Positions 19,979-27,259 of a stretch of DNA of 41,655 nt are shown piece by piece. The position numbers and the translations under genes are program-made. Under the pieces are notes generated by a model. It did no database searches. It was not told the origin of the DNA and was given only the letters and a program-made list of their open reading frames with translations. The number at the start of each line of letters is the position of its first letter. Positions within the stretch are counted from its first letter, which is position 1. This DNA comes from Syntrophobacterales bacterium (GTDB lineage: Bacteria > Desulfobacterota > Syntrophobacteria > BM002). The DNA lies in the NCBI GenBank assembly GCA_050123975.1, contig JASFGC010000001.1, positions 1 to 41,655 of the forward strand. The letters are read 5' to 3'.

Positions 19979-20893
19979 TTATTCAAGAAGCGCTGAGCGC
20001 AAGCGTTCGAGGGTAGCGTCATCTATCTCCAGCCCCTCCTTAAGATACCCCTCAAAGGAGCCGTATTTTTGGTCTATGGCCTCGAAGGCAGCTTCCAGGT
20101 ATTCCGGCCTCACTTCCATCAAGGCGCGTACTTCGCTGCGCGGAGTTCGGAAAAGAGAGGCGCAGTTGGCAAAACATGACAGTCTGTCCGCCTCACTCTC
20201 CCAGAAGGTGTTGCTCAACATGTAGTCTTCCAGTACTGTCTCCTCAGGTACACCGAGAGAACGGAGCACTATGGCCACCGAAACTCCCGTCCGGTCCCGA
20301 CCATAGGTGCAGTGAATGAGTCCGGGCAGACCTCCGGGCTCAGCCATATTCCGTAACAGCAAGGACCACTCGGAAGTGTAGTTCAAAACATAATTCCGGT
20401 AGCATTCCAGCATCAAACCTTTGAAGTCTCCCTCTTCCACATCACCTTTCAAGATCCTTTTGGCCACTGCGTAAGGGTCAATGAGTTCACAGTCAACAGA
20501 AAAATGAACCACCTCCAGCGAGGTGACTTCTGATAGCCGGGGGGGATCCTTTTCGCGTTCCCTTTCAGTGCGCAGATCGTAGACTGTCTTCACCCCGAGG
20601 GCAACGACCGCTTCAACATGTCTCTTCCTCACTCTCTTCAGGTGATCCGAGCGGTAGAGCATCCCCCTCTTGATCTGTCTGCCGTCCATGGTGCTGTAGC
20701 CACCGAGATCTCGAAGGTTGCGGGCACCAGCAAGTTCAACACGGCTGGGATGCTCTGGTGGCGCAGTAGCGCAGCCCAAGAAAAGAAGAAGGGCAGCGAC
20801 GATGATAGCGCCGAGGGATTTCGGATTGGGGATTGGGGATTGCGGATCTCGGATTGCGGATCTCGGATTGCGGAATGCGGATTTAATAATCAT
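19979..20893 (-). CDS. lipoprotein protein-tyrosine phosphatase (Y_phosphatase3-like, CX5R)
   Basis: Catalytic loop HCTYGRDRTG. Lipobox-like LLLFLGC. I place the start at the ATG at 20893 (MIIKSAF...). The track's longer ORF is read-through of the repeat array. Confidence 0.75.
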   Translation of the reverse strand: MIIKSAFRNPRSAIRDPQSPIPNPKSLGAIIVAALLLFLGCATAPPEHPSRVELAGARNLRDLGGYSTMDGRQIKRGMLYRSDHLKRVRKRHVEAVVALGVKTVYDLRTEREREKDPPRLSEVTSLEVVHFSVDCELIDPYAVAKRILKGDVEEGDFKGLMLECYRNYVLNYTSEWSLLLRNMAEPGGLPGLIHCTYGRDRTGVSVAIVLRSLGVPEETVLEDYMLSNTFWESEADRLSCFANCASLFRTPRSEVRALMEVRPEYLEAAFEAIDQKYGSFEGYLKEGLEIDDATLERLRSALLE

Positions 20894-20934
20894 TGTGGAA
20901 TTCAGATGGCGGATCACGGATCGCGGATTTAAGA
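20816..20934. repeat. 17 in-register heptamer units (GGATTGC/GGATCTC family); units 1-11 lie inside the phosphatase CDS
   Basis: ggatttc ggattgg ggattgg ggattgc ggatctc ggattgc ggatctc ggattgc ggaatgc ggattta ataatca ttgtgga attcaga tggcgga tcacgga tcgcgga tttaaga. Confidence 0.9.
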
Positions 20935-21017
20935 TGTTCAGTATATACCTCAAAAGAGTACCATTTTCGTTCAGAATCAAAGAATCTAATAGCCAGTGGC
21001 AAGTAGGTAGTACTTAG

Positions 21018-21246
21018 GTTTCAGGTGTTCCGCCGGAGGCGGATAAGGTGTCAGCAGTAAACGGTAACTCGTTATCGACAGCCATTTAACTCAAATTTCT
21101 TGATTTCTAAATTCCTCAATTGCCCTGCGGACTCCCACCCTTCGGGCGGGTTCCCAGTTTCGAAATTCGCAATTCAAAATTCGCAATTACTTCTCTATGC
21201 CCTATGCCCCATGCTCTATGCCTTCTAAAGTCCGAAATCCGCAATC
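21018..21246. repeat. mosaic of intergenic repeat modules
   Basis: A CAGGTGT fragment is interrupted by the hairpin ccgcc-ggag-gcgg. An AATTGAGGAATT module (reverse-complemented) lies at 21090-21123. A GC-rich module lies at 21123-21160. Heptamer arrays cgaaatt cgcaatt caaaatt cgcaatt and tatgccc tatgccc catgctc tatgcct follow, then ccgaaatccgcaatc. Confidence 0.85.
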
Positions 21247-21247
21247 T

Positions 21248-22567
21248 TTATTCGGTCATTTCTTTAAATTTTCGGCCTGCATAGCGCACTGCGAAGATCC
21301 AGACGATGATAATGGGAATGGTGAAACCTGAGAGCCAGCGGATGCTGGAAAAATCTGTAAACACGGTTGTAATCCCGAGGCTCACTCCCACTGCCACCGC
21401 TTTGGCAAAGCGCTGCACGAACATGTCGATGAAGGCTTTGGCTTTGTACTTCTCGTTTTTGGTGGTTGGGACGTACAGGGACTCCTTGGCCGACTGATTA
21501 ATGGAGTAGCTGAAGGCATTGTCCACCGTGTTCAGTGAACTGCCCACCCAAAGAATGGGAAGGACCGTAAAACCCATCGATCCGGCGAGCACAGCAATAG
21601 GCAGAAACAGAAGCGCAATCCCCACGCCCAGTCGGGACATGACAAAGCTGGTCAGCAACAGCTGCACCAGCATGGAGATGATATTGGTGATGGCAAAGAC
21701 CGTGGCGAACTGCTTGCCGATTTCAGGACCACTCAAGTAATGGGCGATAGTACTGGTAAATTGAAAATCCATCACCGTGGAGACTATCTCATAGAGACCC
21801 ACAATAGCCACGATGGAGAGCAGGTATCGTGAACTGAATACCAACCGCGCACCCTCTATGGCGGGATTGGACTCTCCCCGCGGTTCCGGCTCGGAGATTT
21901 CAGGCTCGGGCTCTGGGGGTGGATTTCGATTCACCAGGCGACCAGCTCCCAGGGCCACAGCGAGGATCGCGAGACCCAGACCAAAGGCGATCCAGAGCCA
22001 GCCCACCGCATTGATTCTCGCAATCAGTACCCTGACGGTTGTGGTACCGAAAACACCGCCCACGACCCCTCCCAACCCCACCAGACCGTAGAGCCGTTTG
22101 GCAGCGTCGGGGCTCACGCTGTCGTTGAGAAAGGCAAAAAAGGTTGCCACCATCAGGGTGGAGAAAAGATCCCCGAATAGATAGAAGCTCCAGACCGTAA
22201 TGCTCTGGGGCTTCTCTATTACAAAGCTGTAGGCAACGTAGCTAGCCAGGAAAAAGCCGGTGAAGATGAAGGTAAGCTGCTGCCGCCGGAAATGACGGGC
22301 CAGCCAGGTGAAAACGGCAACGGCCACAAAGGCCACCACCATGTTGAGCACCTTGGCGAGCAGTTCTGCCTGAGGACCGGACAGGTGCCAGGCAAAGAGA
22401 TCGAAGCCCGCCTTCTCGTAGAACTGGATGAAGAGGGACTTTTTGATGGGCTTGAGGATCCAGAAACTGGTGATGACCAAGAAGAAATAGCTGAACATCA
22501 GGAGGGCGAGGGGCAGCTCGGACTTCCTGATGTCGAAGATGGCCTTGAGGGGACTCTCCCGTTTCAT
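21248..22567 (-). CDS. polytopic transporter resembling the TLC (ATP/ADP translocase, Npt)-like / MFS family
   Basis: About 11-12 hydrophobic segments. The N-terminal block ELPLALLMFSYFFLVITSFWILKPIKKSLF resembles the Npt/TLC N-terminal signature as I remember it. The substrate cannot be read from the sequence. Confidence 0.5.
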   Translation of the reverse strand: MKRESPLKAIFDIRKSELPLALLMFSYFFLVITSFWILKPIKKSLFIQFYEKAGFDLFAWHLSGPQAELLAKVLNMVVAFVAVAVFTWLARHFRRQQLTFIFTGFFLASYVAYSFVIEKPQSITVWSFYLFGDLFSTLMVATFFAFLNDSVSPDAAKRLYGLVGLGGVVGGVFGTTTVRVLIARINAVGWLWIAFGLGLAILAVALGAGRLVNRNPPPEPEPEISEPEPRGESNPAIEGARLVFSSRYLLSIVAIVGLYEIVSTVMDFQFTSTIAHYLSGPEIGKQFATVFAITNIISMLVQLLLTSFVMSRLGVGIALLFLPIAVLAGSMGFTVLPILWVGSSLNTVDNAFSYSINQSAKESLYVPTTKNEKYKAKAFIDMFVQRFAKAVAVGVSLGITTVFTDFSSIRWLSGFTIPIIIVWIFAVRYAGRKFKEMTE

Positions 22568-22583
22568 TTTCTGAGCCCCTCGC

Positions 22584-23639
22584 CTAGAAAACCTGAATAT
22601 TGCCGGCGTCCACTTCGGCGATTACATGCTGGATACGGTCCCAAAGAGCATCGATCTCCGCTTTTGAAAGACCGTATTGCAGTATTCCATCTTTGTACTT
22701 CGCACCCACTTTGGGGTCCAGGTTCTTCCCCACCGGTTTCGGTTGCAGAACTCCATTCTGATCTAATTCAAACTGGACTATCACGGCCAGGAAATTCAGG
22801 TCCTGCCGTTGTATCTTTCGCAACCGCTCGATGGAATTTTTGCGCAGCGCCGGCACATGAATGTCTTCCCACTGCTGAATGAAAAAATTGTATGGCCAGA
22901 AACCAAAGGAAATGCCGTTGTCAATGGAGAATACCTGACGCCGCTTGTCGTCCTTTGAAACCAGGAATTGCCCCACCCGGTTATCGCGGTGTTGGATTAG
23001 GTAGGTGAGAAGGTTAAAGTTGGACATAAAGTAGGCGTAGGTAGGATCCTTAAGAAAGCGCGACTCATCGTACAATGTGTCGGGAACTGTGACGTCCTTC
23101 ATCCATATGGAAGCAAGACCCAAAACGCAATCCGTTCCCTCCAGGGTCGCAGCAGCATACCCACCCCTCTTCATAAACCTATCACGGGATATGCAGACCG
23201 GTAGAGCAGTGGGCACCACGTAATCTTCGGGGTCCAGAAAAAACTTCTGCACATTATAAGCAGCAATCTCTTTACGCGGCGAGGTGTTGAAGCTGTCAAC
23301 CCAGCCCGGAACATTCTTTTTGAACTTCCACTTTATGTCCTTGCCGCTCACTGTGTCATGGTTGATGAGGACCAAGGCGCCGGTGGTACCACGTGCCGTC
23401 CTCTCCACCTCCTTGGCCTGTAATTTCCCTTCCACCCCTCTCTGGTATATCTTGGTCTCCAGCTCCTGGGGGGTGAACTGCCAGTTGGGAAATTCACCTT
23501 TGACACTGGGAGAGAGGGCTTTCTTGAATTGCAGTTGGCGGTCCTCGACCGTGCCCCTGCTAGCGCAACCTGCGAAAGACAAAATGAAGCCGAACAAAAG
23601 AATGAATAAAAGTCCGAACCGAAGTGCGCTCTTTTTCAT
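22584..23639 (-). CDS. lipoprotein with kinase-like catalytic motifs (PI3/PI4-kinase or protein-kinase-like)
   Basis: Signal peptide plus lipobox (LSFAGC). It has an HRD-type catalytic loop (YLIQHRDNRVGQFLV) and a DFG-equivalent (FSIDNGISFG) about 20 aa downstream. That arrangement recalls type II PI4K (..DR..N..L / IDNGLAF). The ORF itself is solid. The fold call is tentative. Confidence 0.4.
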   Translation of the reverse strand: MKKSALRFGLLFILLFGFILSFAGCASRGTVEDRQLQFKKALSPSVKGEFPNWQFTPQELETKIYQRGVEGKLQAKEVERTARGTTGALVLINHDTVSGKDIKWKFKKNVPGWVDSFNTSPRKEIAAYNVQKFFLDPEDYVVPTALPVCISRDRFMKRGGYAAATLEGTDCVLGLASIWMKDVTVPDTLYDESRFLKDPTYAYFMSNFNLLTYLIQHRDNRVGQFLVSKDDKRRQVFSIDNGISFGFWPYNFFIQQWEDIHVPALRKNSIERLRKIQRQDLNFLAVIVQFELDQNGVLQPKPVGKNLDPKVGAKYKDGILQYGLSKAEIDALWDRIQHVIAEVDAGNIQVF

Positions 23640-23801
23640 CTCCTTCTCCTTTGGATAAGGTGGTCAAGACAATGCGGTTACTATAAGTACTGTTCATGAT
23701 TGTGTAAAGCTCTTAATTCATTAGTATGATTACCTAGACTTTTCACCAGATGGATTAACTGCTATTCTAACCCCTATTTCTCATTCGGAATTATGTAGAA
23801 A

Positions 23802-23962
23802 GATGTGAGATGTGGGATGTGGGGAGGCATAGGGCATGGGGTATGGAGCATAGAGCATAGAGTAGATGGTGGATGTGGGATGTGAGATGTGAGATTGTGG
23901 ATTTTGCCTTGTGTCCTGAGCCTTGAGCCTTACGCCTCCTGACACCTGAAACCTGAAACCTA
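23802..23962. repeat. 23 consecutive in-register heptamer units that switch between five motif families
   Basis: GATGTGR x3, TAGRGCA-like x6, GATGTGR-like x6, CCTTGAG-like x5, AMACCTG x3, with no register break (parsed by hand from 23802). Confidence 0.9.
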
Positions 23963-24010
23963 ACAGAAGATGTGGAACTAAAGGTGAACATCGTGTTGCA
24001 GAAGCATAAA

Positions 24011-25102
24011 ATGATCATCGTTAGGATTGTTGGCATCGTAACGCTATTGATAGTTACCTTGTCTTCTGTAAAAGCCCTTTCAAAGGACGATAACAGTGCT
24101 CCAGACAAACTGCTGGTGGCAGTTGTAGATGCGCCGCCCTTCTACATGAAGACGCCGGATGGGCGCTGGGAGGGCCTCAGCATCGAACTCTGGCAAGCGG
24201 TCGCTCAAGAGCTGGGTGTGGAATTCGAGCTACGAGAATACAGCTTCGAACAGTTGCGGAATGCTGTTACAAAAGACAAAGTTGACGTGATACCTGCAGT
24301 GGCTGTCACAGAGGAGCGCGAAATCATTATGGACTTAAGCCATCCCTTCCTCAGGTCGGGATCGGCCATAGCGGTAACGGCAGAAGCCACTGGGCACAGC
24401 TGGCTCCGCTTCGCAGGACATCTTTTTTCATTGAACATCCTGCCGGTGATTGGTCTCCTGCTCCTGCTGGCGCTGGTAGCCGGCACAATCGTGTGGTTAT
24501 TCGAGGCTCGCCGGAACCCCAAAATGTTCGGCGGCGGAACAGTGAGAGGAGTTGGACAGGGCATCTGGTGGGCTATAGTAACTCTGACCACCGTGGGTTA
24601 CGGAGACAAGGCGCCAAAAACGCTCGGCGGGCGAATGGTTGCGCTTATCTGGATGTTCGCCTCGATTATCCTGATCGCCAGCTTTACTGCCGCCATTACA
24701 ACCTCGTTCACCGTTGGTGAATTGAGAGGCAAGGTCCGTGGCCTGAGCGATCTACCCGATGTGCGAGTAGGCTCTTTGCCCCAAACGGCAAGCTCTAACT
24801 TTCTTGCTAAACGCGGGATCGCGGTTCGACCCTTTGAGAATTCGCGTGATGGTCTGCAGGCGATCGTTGATAAAAAAATCGACGCATTCGTTTTTAATGA
24901 ATCCATATTGAAACACCTCGCGAGAACCGAGTTTCCCGGCCGAGTGCATGTTCTACCCAGCACCTTCGATCATTACTACGTGAGCATGGCCTTGCCATCT
25001 GGCAGTCCGCTCCGGGAACTGCTCAACAGGGCCTTGCTCAAGATCATAACCCAGGACGACTGGCACAGGTTGGTGCAGAGCTATTTAGGTCGCGATCGTT
25101 GA
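24011..25102 (+). CDS. GluR0-like ligand-gated K+ channel (periplasmic binding-protein lobes S1/S2 interrupted by an M1-P-M2 pore)
   Basis: Signal sequence, then an SBP_bac_3-like lobe, M1, the pore TLTTVGYGDKAP, M2 and a second SBP lobe. The ATG at 24011 is preferred over the track's GTG at 23972. Confidence 0.8.
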   Translation: MIIVRIVGIVTLLIVTLSSVKALSKDDNSAPDKLLVAVVDAPPFYMKTPDGRWEGLSIELWQAVAQELGVEFELREYSFEQLRNAVTKDKVDVIPAVAVTEEREIIMDLSHPFLRSGSAIAVTAEATGHSWLRFAGHLFSLNILPVIGLLLLLALVAGTIVWLFEARRNPKMFGGGTVRGVGQGIWWAIVTLTTVGYGDKAPKTLGGRMVALIWMFASIILIASFTAAITTSFTVGELRGKVRGLSDLPDVRVGSLPQTASSNFLAKRGIAVRPFENSRDGLQAIVDKKIDAFVFNESILKHLARTEFPGRVHVLPSTFDHYYVSMALPSGSPLRELLNRALLKIITQDDWHRLVQSYLGRDR

Positions 25103-25139
25103 GTTCGCTTGAGATGAATAAGGTTGTAGGAGGAATGGA

Positions 25140-25243
25140 GGTTTCAGGTGTCAGGTGTCAGGTGTCAGGAAAAAGACACAGAAAAGCTGAAACCCTGAGA
25201 TTTCTCCTTCGGAGTCCCCACCCTCCGGGCGGGGCCCCGGTTT
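25140..25243. repeat. second copy of the composite CAGGTGT-hairpin + 47-bp GC-rich module
   Basis: The hairpin part reads ggtttcaggtgtcaggtgtcaggtgtcagg-aaaaagacacagaaaag-ctgaaaccct. The GC-rich part reads gagatttctccttcggagtccccaccctccgggcggggccccggttt. The 47-bp part has one mismatch against 16818-16864. Confidence 0.9.
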
Positions 25244-25294
25244 AGTGATTCGGATGTGGGATTTTTGAATGCGGATATGGGGTGGTGCGCCAGC

Positions 25295-25323
25295 TTGACT
25301 TAAGGGCTAAAGAGCTTTATTTT
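25295..25323 (+). promoter_or_regulatory. sigma-70-type promoter candidate TTGACT-N17-TATTTT
   Basis: Read directly. It lies ~65 nt upstream of the 85-aa ORF. Confidence 0.35.
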
Positions 25324-25389
25324 AGTTGATCGTGTTACACTACGAGTTGTTATCACGCCGCTGGAAAAAATGCTCAATGGGAGGTTCGC

Positions 25390-25647
25390 ATGGCTAAAGA
25401 GAAGGTAAAAAAAATGACTGGCGTTTTCGCATCTGTCTTTTCCCACGCTGGTCACATTTCCAAAGAGGACGCGAAGGAAATAAGTGGATTAGATGATTCA
25501 AGTTTTGAAGAAGTCTATGCAAAAGCATCGAATGTGGCGGAAAAGCTCATGAAGGCCGAAGGAGACAAAGCTGATAAGTTCTTGGAGCATTTTGCCGAAG
25601 AAATCGATGAATGGATGAAAGAATTTAGTGCTAAGTTCGGTTTTTAA
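25390..25647 (+). CDS. small acidic helical hypothetical protein (85 aa)
   Basis: ORF with GGGAGG RBS-like sequence upstream (aatgggaggttcgc ATG). No family recognised. Confidence 0.5.
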   Translation: MAKEKVKKMTGVFASVFSHAGHISKEDAKEISGLDDSSFEEVYAKASNVAEKLMKAEGDKADKFLEHFAEEIDEWMKEFSAKFGF

Positions 25648-25764
25648 GGCTAGGACATGAGGTGTGGTTTCCGCCACATCCCTGGAACGCTTGGAGTGAC
25701 CAGACGGAGGGAAAGGAAGACGAGACATCCTGAGTATGGTCTTGACCGACGAGGGCCGAGCCGT

Positions 25765-26775
25765 TCAGGTTCCCGAGCCTTTCTGCAGTTGTTTAGCACG
25801 CTCCTTATAGCCAATGATTCTGTCTTTGGATTCAGGCTCTATCTCAATTACTCGGTCAAAGTCCCCTATCGCTCCAGCGTAATCTCCCAAATCCTGCTTC
25901 AGTATTCCACGCCTCAGATAACCATCAATGTACTCTGAATTCAACGCGATTGCCCTGTCAAAATCTTCCAATGCCTCGGAGTGATTGCCCAGATTCTCTT
26001 TTGCTATTCCGCGATTACAATACGCCTCAACAAATTGTGAATTCAACTCGATCGCCCTACTGTAGTCCTTTATTGCTCCCATGTAGTTTGACTGTTCAGC
26101 CTTTATGTTGCCGCGGTTATTGTAAGCGTTGGCATATTCCGGATTTATCTCAATTGCTTTGTTGTAGTCTGCTTTTGCTTGCTTTAAATTCTTAACTGTC
26201 TCTTGGGCCAAACCACGACTATTCAAAACATTGGCGAGAAGAAAAATAGATGGATATTCCAGAAAATCCTTTTCATCTAAATCGTAATCGAATCCGAGCG
26301 GGTCTGTGTTGTCGATAGTATAGAGAGTGTCATCAACTCTCAATCTATTTACCATATGACTGTCACTCACCAGGATTGTAAGATTCAGACTTTCCCTCAA
26401 GCCTAATACGGTAAAGAGAGCCGTCAAACCAACACACGAACCCACCTTGCGATTCACGTCAGGATCCAGTTGCGCGTCAATTACATCGGTCAGGAGAAAA
26501 TTACCATCGCACCTTCTCGGTTTTGTGTTCCAGAGGTATTCAAACAGCGACTGAGCCAGGGAGGCTATCATATATTCCCTCAAGGCGGACAGACTTACGG
26601 GACTCTTTGATGTCAGCTTTTCAATAAAGCCATGATAAATCTGATCCAGTTTTTGGGTGTATTCTCCAATCTCTTCCTCTGTTTTCAGCCCGGAGATTAT
26701 CAATAGACCTCTTTCCAGAGAGATATCCCTGCCTTCCTTAACGTCTTGAATGAGTTTCTCTTCCAAGCTTGCCAT
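25765..26775 (-). CDS. TPR-repeat protein with N-terminal transglutaminase-like (SirB1/YchA-like) region
   Basis: The C-terminal half holds 4-5 canonical TPRs (A..Y..AIE.NP....AY.NRG). The N-terminal half has GSCVGLTALF ... H ... D spacing. The track start at 26787 is TTG. An ATG lies at 26775. Confidence 0.7.
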   Translation of the reverse strand: MASLEEKLIQDVKEGRDISLERGLLIISGLKTEEEIGEYTQKLDQIYHGFIEKLTSKSPVSLSALREYMIASLAQSLFEYLWNTKPRRCDGNFLLTDVIDAQLDPDVNRKVGSCVGLTALFTVLGLRESLNLTILVSDSHMVNRLRVDDTLYTIDNTDPLGFDYDLDEKDFLEYPSIFLLANVLNSRGLAQETVKNLKQAKADYNKAIEINPEYANAYNNRGNIKAEQSNYMGAIKDYSRAIELNSQFVEAYCNRGIAKENLGNHSEALEDFDRAIALNSEYIDGYLRRGILKQDLGDYAGAIGDFDRVIEIEPESKDRIIGYKERAKQLQKGSGT

Positions 26776-26892
26776 ACTTTTTAGCAATTATTTAAAATAG
26801 TTCGTTAGTCCGTGGAGTAAAATTAGCGGCTCAACGGTAGCACAACTTACCTGCTGAGGTCAAAAAGTCCCACTAAACAATTCTCGCTATCC

Positions 26893-26948
26893 CCTGACAC
26901 CTGAAACCTGACACCTGACACCTTTCGTTATGCCCCATGCTCTATGCC
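26893..26948. repeat. heptamer arrays ACACCTG/AAACCTG then TATGCCC/CATGCTC
   Basis: cctgacacctgaaacctgacacctgacacc ... ttatgccccatgctctatgcc. Confidence 0.85.
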
Positions 26949-27107
26949 TCCGCGAGGCGGTGGTCAATGGTCCAAAAAAGAATCCTGAGTTCTGATAAGT
27001 AGAAAATCGGTAATGAAGGTTCTTAATCTAATTTTTCATTTATATTCAATAATTTAAGCTGCATACATCTCCTCCGAGGACAGAGTTTCATTTCTTTTCT
27101 TTGATAC

Positions 27108-27124
27108 CGGAATCAGCAGTTCCG
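27108..27124. promoter_or_regulatory. palindromic UAS candidate CGGAAT-CAGCA-GTTCCG
   Basis: Same 17-bp palindrome family as the five copies around 36.8-38.3 kb. Its end is 55 bp upstream of the TGG of the sigma-54 promoter. Confidence 0.6.
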
Positions 27125-27178
27125 ATTTTTTGCACTTCATTTTACAATAAATATAATAATTTCAATATTTTAAATACA

Positions 27179-27194
27179 TGGCATCTCTGTTGCT
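27179..27194 (+). promoter_or_regulatory. sigma-54 (-24/-12) promoter TGGCATctctgTTGCT
   Basis: GG and GC are at canonical spacing. An IHF-like TTCAATATTTTA (27161-27172) ends 6 bp upstream. The USP ATG is ~65 nt downstream. Confidence 0.7.
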
Positions 27195-27259
27195 AAAAGA
27201 CTCAGGTGTCTGTGATCATTTGTTGTCCAGATTGCATGCGGTTTGACAGGAGAAAAGGT

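Noticed and set aside
20618-21017. Plus-strand ORFs 20618-20932 and 20718-21017 with Gly/Asp/Arg/Ile repeats
   Set aside because: They are read-through of the GGATTGC heptamer array, antisense to the well-supported phosphatase gene.
23791-24108. 105-aa minus-strand ORF (…HLTSHIHHLLYALCSIPHALCLPTSHISHLST)
   Set aside because: It is simply the translation of the 23-unit heptamer tract and shows 7-aa periodic low complexity. It has no RBS and overlaps the GluR0-like gene start.
26826-26870. tRNA-like fragment (gcggctcaacggtagcac...acctgctgaggt)
   Set aside because: It resembles a D-loop only. The D-stem does not pair. The putative anticodon hairpin has a 4-nt loop. There is no T-arm (GGTTCGAATCC-like) and no acceptor stem.
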